A stretch of DNA of 64,000 bases from Macrostomum hystrix (GCA_950097015.1 CATNEN010000024.1:2790001-2854000); one strand, 5' to 3'. Shown: positions 1-12,925, counted from the stretch's first letter. Notes: generated by a model not told the origin, from the letters alone. Translations and numbers: made by a program.

Positions 1-304
1 CACGATAATTTAAGCACTGAAGTATAGGATTCATAACAGGAGTTTTGTATGAAACTGACCGTTTTTAATGTGCGATAACTTTGGAACAGGGGCATTATAT
101 AGATATTTTTCGTGACAATTTTAAAAGAGATTCTTTGTGACATCGGCACCTTCGAGATATTCAACGATTCTAGTCGGGGTGTCTGGTGGCAAAAAAAGTA
201 TTCATGTAACCATGACGGCTGTTTTGTTGAATATACAGAATTGATTATATTGTAGTTTTTTAACCAATATGGAGTTGCCATAGAAGTTTATACAGTGCAG
301 TGCT

Positions 305-505
305 AGCTGTCCATGTCACCAGGGTCTTCGACAAGATTCGCTGAATATCTTGACTATGCTGACGTCGGACGGCTTTGAAAGTAAGTTAATCCGTAAAGGG
401 CGGAAAATTTTGATCCGTATGGTGGTCTTTCACGAAAATCGGTCATTGGCCCGTGGTCTCTTCCAGGGAAAAAGGCGAGGGCTTCCTACAGTTAAAGTGG
501 AAGCT
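305..505. repeat. Dispersed repeat, copy 1 (probable non-autonomous DNA transposon fragment)
   Basis: gtcaccagggtc...gctgacgtcggacgg...gtaaagggcggaaaattttgatccgtatggtggtctttcacgaaaatcggtcatt is clearly homologous to the reverse complement of about 38165-38345. Confidence 0.65.
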
Positions 506-544
506 TCTGGCTGTCTGGCCATGAATCACCAAAGCCAGCCCTAC

Positions 545-3500
545 CTGCTCCTTCTGCCTATCCAATCGCAGGCTCTCCTCGTAGGCGGACTCCATCTCCA
601 GACGCTCCATGGTCCGCTGCTCCCTGGCGTTCTCCTCGGCCATTTCGGCCTCGCGCCAAGCTCGAAACTCGTCGACAGCCTTCACCAGCATGTCGAGGGC
701 AGCTGACGGATCGCTAACTCCTTGAACATCGCTAAGAACTTCGTGCGGAGCGCGCTGACGATGCGCCAGCACTAAAATAGCCGGCAGATCGTCAGGCGTC
801 ATCTGGCGTATCCGATCTGCCGCGTCCAGGCCCAGCTGCCTAGCCGCAATGGCCACAAGAGTGGCGGCATTGTCAGGCTGGGTCAGGTCCCAGGGCCACA
901 GTATGAAATTGGCGTTCAGAAATTCAATGACGGCCGAATTAGTGAGCACATTTGAGCAGAAGATCTGGGCGGCAATGGATCTGTCGTGATGCAGATAGAG
1001 GGCCAGCGGTCTGCGCTCGTGTGTTGACGCGCCATCGGCTTCGGCGATGGCCGAGACTAGGCTGCCGCTGCTGAACAGAGGACAGACTGACCCGTATCTA
1101 GAGTGTTGGGCGGTTGCGAAATTATTGAAAATTTCATCTAGCTGTGATTTTTGGATAAAGACTATTTTTCAATTCAGACGTTTTAAACCTTTCTAATGTT
1201 TTGTTAACCAATTTTATATGTACGTTATTTTTTCCGGGTTCACGTAATTTTTCCGGGTTTACGTAAAGGCTTCACTTTTTACTTAATTTCTTATTATTGT
1301 ACTATTACTAATTAAGTTATTTTTGTGACTAACCTCGACGCGAAATTCTCAACAAACTTGTTGGCTCCGAGGACGTCGCTGCTGCAGCCGGCAGGTATTA
1401 GCGGCACCGAGCGAGGCGGCACGGGTCGCCTCCGGCCGCCCTCGTCCTCCTCGACCATGACAATGTCGTGATCATCGCCTTGCTCGTCTTCGTCAAAGTC
1501 ATAATCAGCGTACTCCTCCGACATTGGTGTAGTTGCTGCCGCTGTGGCTGTCGAATGCGACGCCGCAGCCGAGGCGGGGCTACGCTTGACAGTGAGGTCC
1601 TGGTGGGACGGCAGGTTACTCCGGCCAAAGGTGGTGGCCCAGTTCAGCTCCCAGCCTGACCACACCTGACTATTGGAAGGTATGCCCCAAAGGCTATAGA
1701 CATCAGAGCGCAATTGTCCAACGCAGGCATCGGAGCCGTAATGAAACACCTGCGTACGATTGCGATCGGCATTGCGCACAGTCAGGTGATATTCGTTGGA
1801 TCGGCGACTGCCAGGCGTTGATCGTTGCACAATGGCAGGATTTGCACTAGCCAATCTCAGCGGCGTCTCTTTGGGCAGGCGAAGCGAGCGCAGCACAGTT
1901 TCGTCGCTAACAGAAGTTGGAAAGCCGCGCAACCGCATGTCCTCGATATCGATCGGCTGTTGCATCATCTGGTGCAGCTGGCGCTTGATGTCTAACACTG
2001 TGTCCGAGTCGCGCGAGATTACATTCAACTCCTCCGTGCTATTTTCAACAGTGTGCAACAAATCATCGTCCAATTGCACTTTGAATAGCAGCAGGCGCTG
2101 CTGCTGCTTGTTATTGTTACTGCTGCTGCGAGTGGTGCGTGTTGTGGGGCCAGACGAAGAGCTGGCAGCCCCGGAGCCGCTGGAAATGCCGGCGCCGGTT
2201 CGAATTCGCGATTCCGGCGCCGCAGCGCCTCGACTCGGATTGGCTGCGCCGCTTCTGCCGGCTGCTCCGTTGCCTCCAGATCGACTGGCGCCGCTGTTTG
2301 GCTGCGGCGGCATTCGGCGGCTTCCAACGGTAGAGCCAGCAAACAACCGCGGCGGCTGCACGGAGGCGGCCTGGCCCAGAAAGTCGTCGCCGTCAGTGCT
2401 CCTGACAGGCACTGTTGGCTCAAACAGTGGCAGGCTGGGAATTTCTATGGGATTGCTGTGGGTACCGACGCCTTGCTGGGGCGCATCGTCCAGATAAGAC
2501 TGCAGAGCGCGCTGAAGATTGAAAACAAATCATATTTATTTCCGACTTGAAAAATAATTCAATCGAGTTCTGGATACTGTAGTGCAGTAACAAAAAAGCA
2601 TTTTATACAAACCTGAAGATCCCAAGACTCCTGTTCTAGCACAGCAATGGCAATGCCGATGTCTTCCAATCCTGTGGCAGCCTAAAATGTTCGAATGAAA
2701 AAGAATTATGTTTAATTCGGAATATTTAAAAAGCTATGAAATTAGCACGGCCAGAAATGAGTATAATTACATGTAAAGTTTACATAGGCTCTGATTATGC
2801 TAGCATTTACGGCTAGCCCTTACTAACAAAAGAGCATGGTAAAATGTAATGAGGATATAAGTCAATTGCTGTATGGAGCCTATTAACAGAACTAAACAAT
2901 TCAGAATTTTTTTAATCTTTATATATATACTCTATGTATAGCTACATTGGCTTAGTATGGTAGCTATGAAACATTTTAATTTGCTGGTACTAAGTTCATA
3001 GTGGGATAATGGCTAGGTTAATTTGCTTTTGCAATATTGTACCAAAGAGAAAAGCTTAAGAAATCTAGCTCATTTTTTAAAAATAAATTTCATATTTAAA
3101 CATTATGGCATTAGGTCCCATTTTAGCAAAACTGCTTTTTAATCATAAGGCTATATATAGTTACATTAGATAACCAGTATTTTTTATAATTGGAAATGGT
3201 CGACATTTTTGGCATCAAAATGGGTTACAAATACCATACAGATTTTATTTCTCGAAAACAAAACATTCATTACTAGAAGCATACATGCGCAACACCCAGC
3301 CAACCCGGCCAAACCGGTCAGGTGAAACAAGGGCCAAGCAAGGTAAGTCGCAAAAACCAATCGACCAAGTGCAAAAAAATCAAAGGGGGGACCAAGGGAC
3401 AAAAAGGAAGGTGTGAAGAAAAGGAAAAAGGGGAGAGAAAAAGAGAGCAAATAAAAGCAAACTAAGTTGTAAATTAATCAATGAAATGAACTAAGTCGCA

Positions 3501-4818
3501 AATGAGAGCAAACTAAGTTGTAAATAGAGCAAAAACTAAGTCGCATGGCCGGCTAAGATTTGGGAGGTTGCGCATGTATGACTAGAAGGGCCAATAAATA
3601 TCCCCATTATTTAATTCTAAATATACCCAGCTTATCCACATAGCAGCTTGCTTGAATAACACCATTATTCTACATTGTGTGATGAAAAAATACTGAAATT
3701 ATCCATATTTTTCAATGCCAAAATTGCCTAGATTATCTGACATAATCAACATCTTGCCAGAAGGTTACAAAAGCTTTTGATCATTAGACAAAGAAATTGT
3801 ACTATTTAATGAATATTTAATGGCAGAATTTGTTGAGATAGATAAAAAAGCAATATAAAATACAAAAACTCTTTTTTTTATTTTTTGAAAGATTAAACAT
3901 AGAGAAAAAAATTAAAGAGAAATGTAAGCTAGCTATTTTTTAGTGGCAGATCAAGCTTTTTGTTTTAGGAAGGGCTAAATCTTTTAAAAGGGCATGCCAA
4001 CCAAAACCAGCTAATTGGGTGTCATTGTGCCAAGGGGGCACTTTTGATGGGGGCAGTTTGAAGGGGTGACAATTGGTAAAATAATAATTTCTGTCCCAGC
4101 TCTGCCCCTACTACTTGAAATAAAATTCAGACTTTTAACAAATTTAAAGACTAGCAACCCTGGGTAAACCTAAGGAAAATATATAGTAAATGTACTAAAT
4201 ATAAAATTTATTGGAATGCAGAAGCTAAGATAGATATTAACAGCTAAACATTGTCAACATTGTTGATAAGACAAACAATGTAGTGGTGTTATTTTGGCAA
4301 GATGTCCTGTTGATTATCTAAGTATCATCATCTTAATTTCATCACATGAAACAATGGGGATAAGCACTGGTTTGAAAAATCTCATTTTAGCAAAAAGTAT
4401 ACTGAAGTTTAATATTTTTAACTTAAATGATAAAAATAGAATTTATTATATAAAATTGTATATCTAATATAATTACATAGTGAGTATTTTTAATAAGCAA
4501 ATAATTACTAAAATGTAATACCTAGAAAAGATTGGAACCATTTTATTTCTATCTTTCAGTACCCAAAGTGCCTAAGCCTAAATAGCTAAAGTAGGGATAG
4601 CCTAGCTTTCCACCAAAGCTTGTATTTTGTTATATTATATCAATACTTATCTATGTATACATTACATGGCACAAGCTAGCATAGCCATTATACACTATAG
4701 ACTATTGTGCTGACATGAAACAAGGTTTAGAAAGTAAATTACACCATAACTATAAAAAGCAAACAAGGCAAAATACCTGGAAGTTAGCAAGTATCTCATT
4801 TCGATCACCATCTGACAT
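545..4818 (-). CDS. FAF1: FAS-associated factor 1 (UBA-UBL-UAS-coiled coil; the UBX-encoding 3' exons lie left of the window)
   Basis: Exons 4818-4777 (MSDGDRNEILANFQ), 2681-2613 (AATGLEDIGIAIAVLEQESWDLQ), 2511-1334 and 1097-545, all joined by phase-consistent GT-AG introns. The N-terminus matches the FAF1 UBA region as I recall it (ILADFQ...TG.E.I..AI..LEQ..WDL). The UAS domain reads RYGSVCPLF...RRPLALYLHHD...IFCSNVL...FLNANFILWPWDLT, followed by an E/R-rich coiled coil ending at a CAG|gtagg donor at 545. Confidence 0.93.
3280..3580. mobile_element. hAT-type MITE (301 bp) in FAF1 intron 1
   Basis: Terminal inverted repeats CATACATGCGCAAC ... GTTGCGCATGTATG. A perfect 8-bp direct repeat ACTAGAAG flanks both ends (3272-3279 and 3581-3588). 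Internal AACTAAGT(T/C)G(T/C)AAAT subrepeats. An 8-bp TSD with short TIRs is the established hAT signature. Confidence 0.85.
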
Positions 4819-5738
4819 TGTGATATTTTATTAAGAACAGGGCTACGGGACTTCGCTTTAGGGCTACAAAGATGATGCTACTTCCTTAAGTCAGCAACTA
4901 AGAGCACAGACAGTAGGCAAAAAAACACGAAAATACAGCTAGACTTGAATCAGATACAGATCAGATCAGATTGAGTTATACCAATTCGGAACAAAAATTT
5001 TCACAGTCAAAATACAGCGGTTTTTTAAACGTAGAGCTGTTTTCTTAGTTGGAAGTTATAATTGTCAAAAAATAAATCTTAAGCTACTTAACTTATGAGA
5101 CATTCGCAAACTTTTCTATGCAAATGAGAGATGAGTAAGTAAAAGTAACAGCTGATTGTTCTTAGAACAACGGCTTTTTTGAACCTACGACACTATAAAT
5201 ATTACTCGTGTTAACAAACCAGTTCATAAAGGGAAAAGAAAGTAAGAAAAAATTATACCTTAACAAAAAACGAAAGTGCAATGCGCAGTTTAATTTTTAG
5301 GGTAGTTTTGTATGAGTATGTGCTTTTCGATCCTTTTCTCTGTTTCTATTTTTTAACTTTTAAGGTCTAACCCGAGTTAAAGTCTAGTCTAACAGACTTA
5401 ATAGCCAAATCCAATTAGCATGTAAAACTCAATCCTGATCCCAAAAATAAGTTTCATCTCAAACCTGACCTAACCCTATCTAAACTGTACTTACATATTA
5501 TATTGGCCTGTCTCTTATCTCTTTAAGTTTAATGTTCATATATCTTAATGTAGGACACAAGCTGAATATAGCATTTGTTGTAGGGCTCTTTTATTAGGCC
5601 TAATATAAAACTCGCTTCTCTTACACGTTAAATTGACCATTTGAAATAATTCTTAATTTCCTTTGTCAATGACTTAACTATACTTCATAGACTGGCTATG
5701 TACTTTTCTTACTTCATATATATATATATTGCTTAATT

Positions 5739-6326
5739 GGCAATATTTTACTTCCGTTCGTTAAATTATTTTTTCTTTTGAAAATAACAGCTGACGACAA
5801 ATAAACGTGTTTAACGGTGTTTAACAGTAACAACAATTAACGGTAACACGGTAGGATTTTTGAAATGGTAGGAGTTCTGAAACAGAAGCTGAAACAGTTC
5901 TGAAACCGTCAGGAGTCATCTCTCATGTTCTCATCTTATCTCAACATCTCGTGCTGTCATCTCGGACTCAAACTGGATAGTAGTGGCGGATCCAGTACAG
6001 GATGGCACCGAAGCTGTTGTGTGGATACAGCCGGCGCCACAAAAACTCCTCGAGGTGGCTCTCAAACAGCGCCGCACTTGTGCCGTCGCATGGGCCCACG
6101 TGCCCTCGATCGTGTTCGTGTGGACAGTAGGATCGGCTGGGTCGACAAAGTGGAGCCGGTGGTTGACATACACGTGATTCAAATCAAATTTAATTTAACC
6201 ATTTCATAATTACTGACCACACTCCTGACCGTCTTTACCTTTAAACACCGTTAAACACGTTTATTTGTCGTCAGCTGTTATTTTCAAAAGAAAAAATAAT
6301 TTAACGAATGTAAGTAAAAGATTGCC
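5739..6326 (-). mobile_element. Non-autonomous Merlin (IS1595/ISXO2-like) DNA transposon with a C-terminal transposase remnant
   Basis: TIRs of about 86 bp begin GGCAAT (5739-5824 vs 6240-6326). Perfect 8-bp TSD GCTTAATT (5731-5738, 6327-6334). Internal minus ORF 5931-6182 reads HVYVNHRLHFVDPADPTVHTNTIEGTWAH, matching the ISXO2-type H..VNH...FVDP...HTNTIEG.W motif. Confidence 0.92.
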
Positions 6327-7273
6327 GCTTAATTTAGCCAGATAGGCTACTTTCTTTCCCAAATATGGTAGCGTTTGCACGAGTCTTTCTAGGCTTCCAA
6401 ATAGACTGAATTTTCCCAACTTCGCACACAGTGCTATTCCACCAATCGGGATTTACCCTCTGTTCTTTCAGTTATTAAACTATACTGCTTTTGATAATTA
6501 TCTCCTTCTTTATTATTGTGAATATTTACCGACTTATGTGTAATCATAGACCTGCTTTTCTCTCTTTCTAGATAAGAATAATTAAATGCCTTGAGACTTT
6601 TCTCCTTCAACTATTTCTCCTTTATTCACCACAGAACTAGGCACAGGGCACTGGTTGAAGTTTTAGATCTAATTTGCAGTTGTATTTATAGCAAATTTTG
6701 AGGTGAGTGACACGATACAGACAAACAAAGGATAAAATAGGGGGAAATGCATTTGGCGGGAATTCAAGTTATAAAAATTATACAATATAAAATTAGGGCC
6801 TGCCTCACATTTAAATGTTTAAAAGTCATCTTAGTCATGCCTTAGTACAATGTTGCACTACTTGCTTATTTTTTCAGATTATCGTTTTTAATGGAAACCT
6901 AGATTAAATTCCAGTATGCTCACAGAAATGTATGCAAGCTATTTAAAGCTTAGAATTTCTTCTTAAATAGTGCTAACTAATGACTTAAAAAGCTATTGCA
7001 AATACTATTGATGATACCTGTTATAAAGTTCAATTAAACATAAGGAACAAGCTTTGAATTATTAAAGTTCTTCTAAAGTAAAAATGACAATAATGAATTA
7101 AAAAAAACTATCAAATAGTGATGGCTATGGTAACAGTTATTTTTAGAATATGAATTTTAGATGCGATTGTTTTTTGAACTATCAAATCATATTTCAGGTC
7201 TTTAATATGAACCTAGTTTATATCATTTTTTCACAAATCATAAACCATTTCAGTGATGCTAAAAATATTCGCA

Positions 7274-8352
7274 ATGGAAGTCTGCCAACCCAAGTTACAC
7301 CTGATCAACCAGCAAGAGCAGCCTGGAGAACAGCTAGAACAGCTGCAAAAACAGCAAGAGCAGCCTCAAGAACAGCTGCAAAAACAGCAAGAGCAGCCTC
7401 AAGAACAGCTGCAAAAACAGCAAGAGCAGCCTCAAGAACAACTGCAGAACCTGCAAGAGAAGCCTCAAGAACAGCTAGAAGAGATTGAAGAGCAGCAAAC
7501 AGAAATATTTCAAGGTAGATTGGGCCAGTGCCAGCGCTGCAATGAGCAACCAGCTAAATACACTTGTCCAGGCTGTGGTGAGCACACCTGCTCGCTAGTC
7601 TGCTCAACTGCGCACAAGATAGCAACAGGTTGTCGCGGTAGACGCGATCCCACGGTGTTTGTTCCACTGTCCAGCTTCACGGAGTCCAATCTTTTAAGCG
7701 ACTATCGCTTCTTAGAGTCAGTTGATCACAGCCTAGACAGAGTGACACGCTTGAGACAAACAATCAGTGCATTTGGCAACAGTACAGGCGGAGTACCCAA
7801 TCGGCAGCAGCGTGATTTGCAGGTGAGAATTCGCAGCTTCTTATAACAGAAGTGTTAAAACAAAAACCTTAAAGTTTATCATGCTACTGATTAGATGACG
7901 AGGAACAATTACAGTTTGAATAAATAACTGTCCCACAGGCCTTCTGTCGGTCCAGTCGCGGCATTGAACTGGCCTTCATGCCGGCCGGAATGGCCAGGCG
8001 CCGGGCCAATCGCAGTTATCTCAGGCTTGGCCCTGGAGGACGTAAAGGCGCTAGAAAAACCGGCAACAATGACATCAGCTCCTCCCCTACGGTCCACTGG
8101 ACTGTTGAAATTCGCTTTCCAACAGGTAAAAAATTTACTGCCGCTTCCGAGACCAGCCGGCTATCGGAAATTATTCAGCGTTGGCGTCACATGTGGCCTC
8201 CCAGCAGCCGGGACAAGCCGCAGTGTTGCCTTTGCCGACTGGATCAGGGCGATCGGCTCTGCCCAGTTGACGGGGATCGCAGCCTGGCCGACCTGCTGCG
8301 CGGCACCGTTGTTGTCGAGTTTCCCGTGTTTGTTGTGCAGGAAGCAAGCTGA
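7274..8352 (+). CDS. ZNHIT6: Box C/D snoRNA assembly factor BCD1 / zinc finger HIT domain protein 6
   Basis: Exons 7274-7822 and 7939-8352 (CAG|gtgaga...cccacag|GCC, phase 0). zf-HIT motif CQRC...AKYTCPGC...TCSLVCSTAHK...GC.G.RD, followed by the BCD1 motifs LLSDYRFLE, W.VEIRFP and SLADLLRGTVVVEFPVFVV. Confidence 0.92.
7305..7480 (+). repeat. 33-bp coding tandem repeat in the ZNHIT6 N-terminus, (QEQPQEQLQKQ)n
   Basis: AACAGCAAGAGCAGCCTCAAGAACAGCTGCAAA repeated about 5 times in frame. Confidence 0.85.
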
Positions 8353-8439
8353 TTGATCCTGGCCATCGATTAAACTGCAGTCTGATTACTGGTCTCATGT
8401 TTCCAATGATTATCGCTATCAATCCATATCATTCCTTCT

Positions 8440-9360
8440 ACTATCCCTGTGATCCTACTATCCCTATGATCCTACCATCTCTATGATCCTACTATCCCTA
8501 TGATCCCTACTATCCCTATGATCCTACTATCCCTATGATCCTACTATCCCTATGATCCTACTATCCCTATGATCCTACCATCTCTATGATCCTACTATCC
8601 CTATGATCCTACCATCTCTATGATCCTACTATCCCTATGATCCCTACTATCCCTATGATCCTACTATCCCTATGATCCTACTATCCCTATGATCCTACTA
8701 TCCCTATGATCCTACCATCTCTATGATCCTACTATCCCTATGATCCCTACTATCCCTATGATCCTACTATCCCTATGATCCTACCATCCCTATGATCCTA
8801 CCATCCCTATGATCCTACTATCCCTATGATCCCTACTATCCCTATGATCTACTATCCCTATGATCCCTACTATCTCTATGATCTACTATCTCTATGATCT
8901 ACTATCTCTATGATCTATTATCCCTATGATCCTACTATCCCTATGATCCTACTATCCCTATGATCCCTACTATCCCTATGATCCTACCATCCCTATGATC
9001 CTACCATCCCTATGATCCTACCATCCCTATGATCCTACCATCCCTATGATCCTACTATCCCTATGATCCTACCATCCCTATGATCCTACCATCCCTATGA
9101 TCCTACCATCCCTATGATCCTACCATCCCTATGATACTACCATCTCTATGATCTACTATCTCTATGATACTACCATCTCTATGATCTACTATCTCTATGA
9201 TCTACTATCTCTATGATCTACTATCCCTATGATCCCTACTATCTCTATGATCTACTATCTCTATGATCTACTATCTCTATGATCTACTATCTCTATGATC
9301 TACTATCTCTATGATCTACTATCTCTATGATACTACTATCTCTATAATACTACTATCCTG
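8440..9360. repeat. Minisatellite, 17-18 bp unit (ATCCCTATGATCCTACT)
   Basis: About 50 tandem units visible, with variants and degenerate edges. Confidence 0.95.
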
Positions 9361-9894
9361 GCGATCCCTACTGTCCATCTGTCCATACTGTCCCTACTAC
9401 TATCCCTTCGACCCCCAATATATCTCTGTTATCATGTCTCCTACTATCGCTATAATCCCCAGTATGCATTGGATCCCCACCAGCCCTATAATCCCTACTT
9501 CTTACCCTTTGACATTGATGACAGGCCATAGGGATTATATGGCCTGAAAAAATGCAATACCCTAAAGACTGCTTCAACAGAATGGCATTTTTACCCGCAA
9601 TGTTTAGGTTCATGTAACTTCCATGTTCTTAACAGCTATTTGATCGCACTACTGTTAGTAATACACCATGTAAAGTGCAAGGTACTTTTGCAAAAAAGAG
9701 TGATTAGCATACTTTTTAACTTAGTTGGCAAAAAGTAAAATAAGATATCGTTCTACAATGGCTTCTTTGTCTTCTTTTTTCTTTGATTTTGTATCACAAA
9801 ATAATTATTTTTACGTTATTTATTAACTTAATTAGTATTCAAATCACTTTTAATCACCATTGTACTGACCAGTCACTCATAAATCCTACATGCT

Positions 9895-10446
9895 AATGAA
9901 TACAACCCACTCACTCCCAGATACTAATGAATACAATCCACTCACTCCCAGATCCTCATGAATACAATCCACTCACTCCCAGATCCTCATGAATACAATC
10001 CACTCACTCCCAGATCCTCATGAATGCAACCCACTCACTCCCAGATCCTCATGAATACAATCCACTCACTCCCAGATCCTCATGAATGCAATCCACTCAC
10101 TCCCAGATCCTCATGAATACAACCCAGTCACTCCCAGATCCTCATGAATGCAATCCACTCACTCCCAGATCCTCATGAATACAACCCACTCACTCCCAGA
10201 TCCTCATGAATGCAATCCACTCACTCCCAGATCCTCATGAATACAACCCACTCACTCCCAGATCCTCATGAATGCAATCCACTCACTCCCAGATCCTCAT
10301 GAATACAACCGACTCACTCCCAGATCCTCATGAATACAACCCACTCACTCCCAGATCCTCATGAATACAACCCACTCACTCCCAGATCCTCATGAATGCA
10401 ACCCACTCACTCCCAGATCCTCATGAATACAACCCACTCACTCCCA
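9895..10446. repeat. Minisatellite, 31 bp unit (ATGAATACAATCCACTCACTCCCAGATCCTC)
   Basis: About 17 tandem units. Confidence 0.95.
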
Positions 10447-10461
10447 GTCCCAGGTCCTCTC

Positions 10462-11372
10462 AGTGGATTATTTTGATCTGGTTTGTGGATTATTAGTATC
10501 AGGGTTGTGGATTATTGTGATTAGGTTTGTGGATTATTAGTATCAGGGTTATGGATTATTGTGATCAGGTTTGTGGATTATTGTTATCTGGTTTGTGGAT
10601 TATTGTTATCTGGTTTGTGGATTATTGTTATCTGGTTTGTGGATTATTGTGATCTGGTTTGTGGATTATTGTGATCTGGTTTGTGGATTATTGTGATCTG
10701 GTTTGTGGATTATTGTGATCTGGTTTGTGGATTATTATGATCTGGTTTGTGGATTATTGTTATTTTTTGTGAAATATTGTGATCAGGTTTGTGGATTATT
10801 GTGATCTGGTTTGTGGATTATTGTTATCTGGTTTATGGATTATTGTTATCTGGTTTGTGGATTATTGTGATCTGGTTTGTGGATTATTGTGATCTGGTTT
10901 GTGGATTATTGTGATCTGGTTTGTGGATTATTGTTATCTGGTTTGTTGATTATTGTGATCTGGTTTGTGGATTATTGGGATCTGGTTTGTGGATTATTGT
11001 TATCTGGTTTATGGATTATTGTTATCTGGTTTGTGGATTATTGTGATCTGGTTTGTGGATTATTGTGATCTGGTTTGTGGATTATTGTGATCTGGTTTGT
11101 GGATTATTGTTATCTGGTTTGTGGATTATTGTGATCTGGTTTGTGGATTATTGTGATCTGGTTTGTGGATTATTGTGATCTGGTTTGTGGATTATTGTTA
11201 TCTGGTTTGTGGATTATTGTGATCTGGTTTGTGGATTATTGTGATCTGGTTTGTGGATTATTGTTATCTGGTTTATGGATTATTGTTATCTGGTTTGTGG
11301 ATTATTGTGATCTGGTTTGTGGATTATTGTTATCTGGTTTGTGGATTATTGTGATCTGGTTTGTGGATTATT
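10462..11372. repeat. Minisatellite, 22 bp unit (GTTTGTGGATTATTGTGATCTG)
   Basis: About 41 tandem units. They generate the repetitive ORFs at 10877 and 11141. Confidence 0.95.
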
Positions 11373-12349
11373 TCGATAATTCCATAAAAGTGCATCCGCA
11401 CATTTTAATTCTGGGGGTAACATTAGTTTGTGTCAGCTGAGTTCTCTGCTTCTGTCCGGTATCTCGACTATTGAAGCCTTTGCTTGTATCGGGAGAGTAA
11501 ACCTTGAATATATTTTTTATTACTATACACTCGTTAAAAAAATTGCTAAGGCAGAGTGACATTTATTGGACGCATGGAACTGTCACGTTTTTAGAAACCT
11601 AATAATATTTTTCTTAGGCTCTTTTCTGCTTTTCATTCTTGCCCAATTCGTGACTTCTCGGCAGGTGCCAAACAGCAGCAGCAGCTTAGACTCAGTGGTT
11701 TTCTGCCTTCCTGAAACGGACCGATGAAGGAGTTAGTTGGCGAGTTCAGCTTTCAGCAGTTGTCAGTCATGTTAGCAAAATTTCACTTTCTCACTTTTCT
11801 GTCTTGCCTACTGCAGTTACTAAGCTTTTCTAAAGCTGCTTAAAATTTCTTGCTGGCAAATTCAGTTGGCTGCTGCTGCTAGTGTTTCCGCTACACGTCC
11901 AACTTGATGTCGCGACTATTTGTTTTCCCTGCTGCGATGCAGAATCCATACTGTACGGAGCAGAAGCAGTCTCATGGCTATTATACTGCACTATAAGTGT
12001 TAGCCACACCACAGCACACAATTAATAAAGGAAAGAATTACCTGTTTGCTTTAAATCAGGCTCGTTGTAATCCATTCGCTTTATGCACTTTAACGACCCG
12101 CTGACTTTCCTCTTTCCTGGTTCTTCGTCACTTCTTCAAACAATCGATTATTATAGTTTATCGAAGAGTGTTATTAAATGGATTACACTTGGCATTTTCT
12201 GTAGCTTGATTGATGTCTACCAAAGTGCTGCTGGAGTCTGATTGATTGTGTGCTCCTAAATAGTTCTTTCGCTTGTTGCTAAGGCATGCCCACAAGAAAC
12301 AAGTCTAGAATATGTGTAGTTAGGAGTTCTCCAGCTCCTCTCTCTCACG

Positions 12350-12925
12350 TGGAGAGAGAGTGGCTTGGCTGGCTAGGGGTGGGTAGTGGAAGGGAGAGAG
12401 TGGCTTGGCTGGCTAGGGGTGGGTAATGGAAGGGAGAGAGTGGCTTGGCTGGCTAGGGGTGGGTAGTGGAAGGGAGAGAGTGGCTTGGCTGGCTAGGGGT
12501 CTGTTGTGGAAGGGAGAGAGTGGCTTGGCTGGCTAGGGGTGGGTAATGGAAGGGAGAGAGTGGCTTGGCTGGCTAGGGGTGGGTAGTGGAAGGGAGAGAG
12601 TGGCTTGGCTGGCTAGGGGTGGGTAGTGGAAGGGAGAGAGTGGCTTGGCTGGCTAGGGGTGGGTAGTGGAAGGGAGAGAGTGGCTTGGCTGGCTAGGGGT
12701 GGGTAATGGAAGGGAGAGAGTGGCTTGGCTGGCTAGGGGTGGGTAGTGGAAGGGAGAGAGTGGCTTGGCTGGCTAGGGGTCTGTTGTGGAAGGGAGAGAG
12801 TGGCTTGGCTGGCTAGGGGTGGGTAATGGAAGGGAGAGAGTGGCTTGGCTGGCTAGGGGTGGGTAATGGAAGGGAGAGAGTGGCTTGGCTGGCTAGGGGT
12901 GGGTAGTGGAAGGGAGAGAGTGGTT
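12350..12925. repeat. G-rich minisatellite, 40 bp unit (TGGCTTGGCTGGCTAGGGGTGGGTAGTGGAAGGGAGAGAG)
   Basis: About 14 near-identical units. Confidence 0.95.

Noticed and set aside
1398-2497. Overlapping and antisense ORFs over FAF1 exon 3 (likewise 22145-23286 over MAP4K and 54120-54916 over eIF2B-delta)
   Set aside because: Shadow ORFs expected in GC-rich exons; no recognisable domains.
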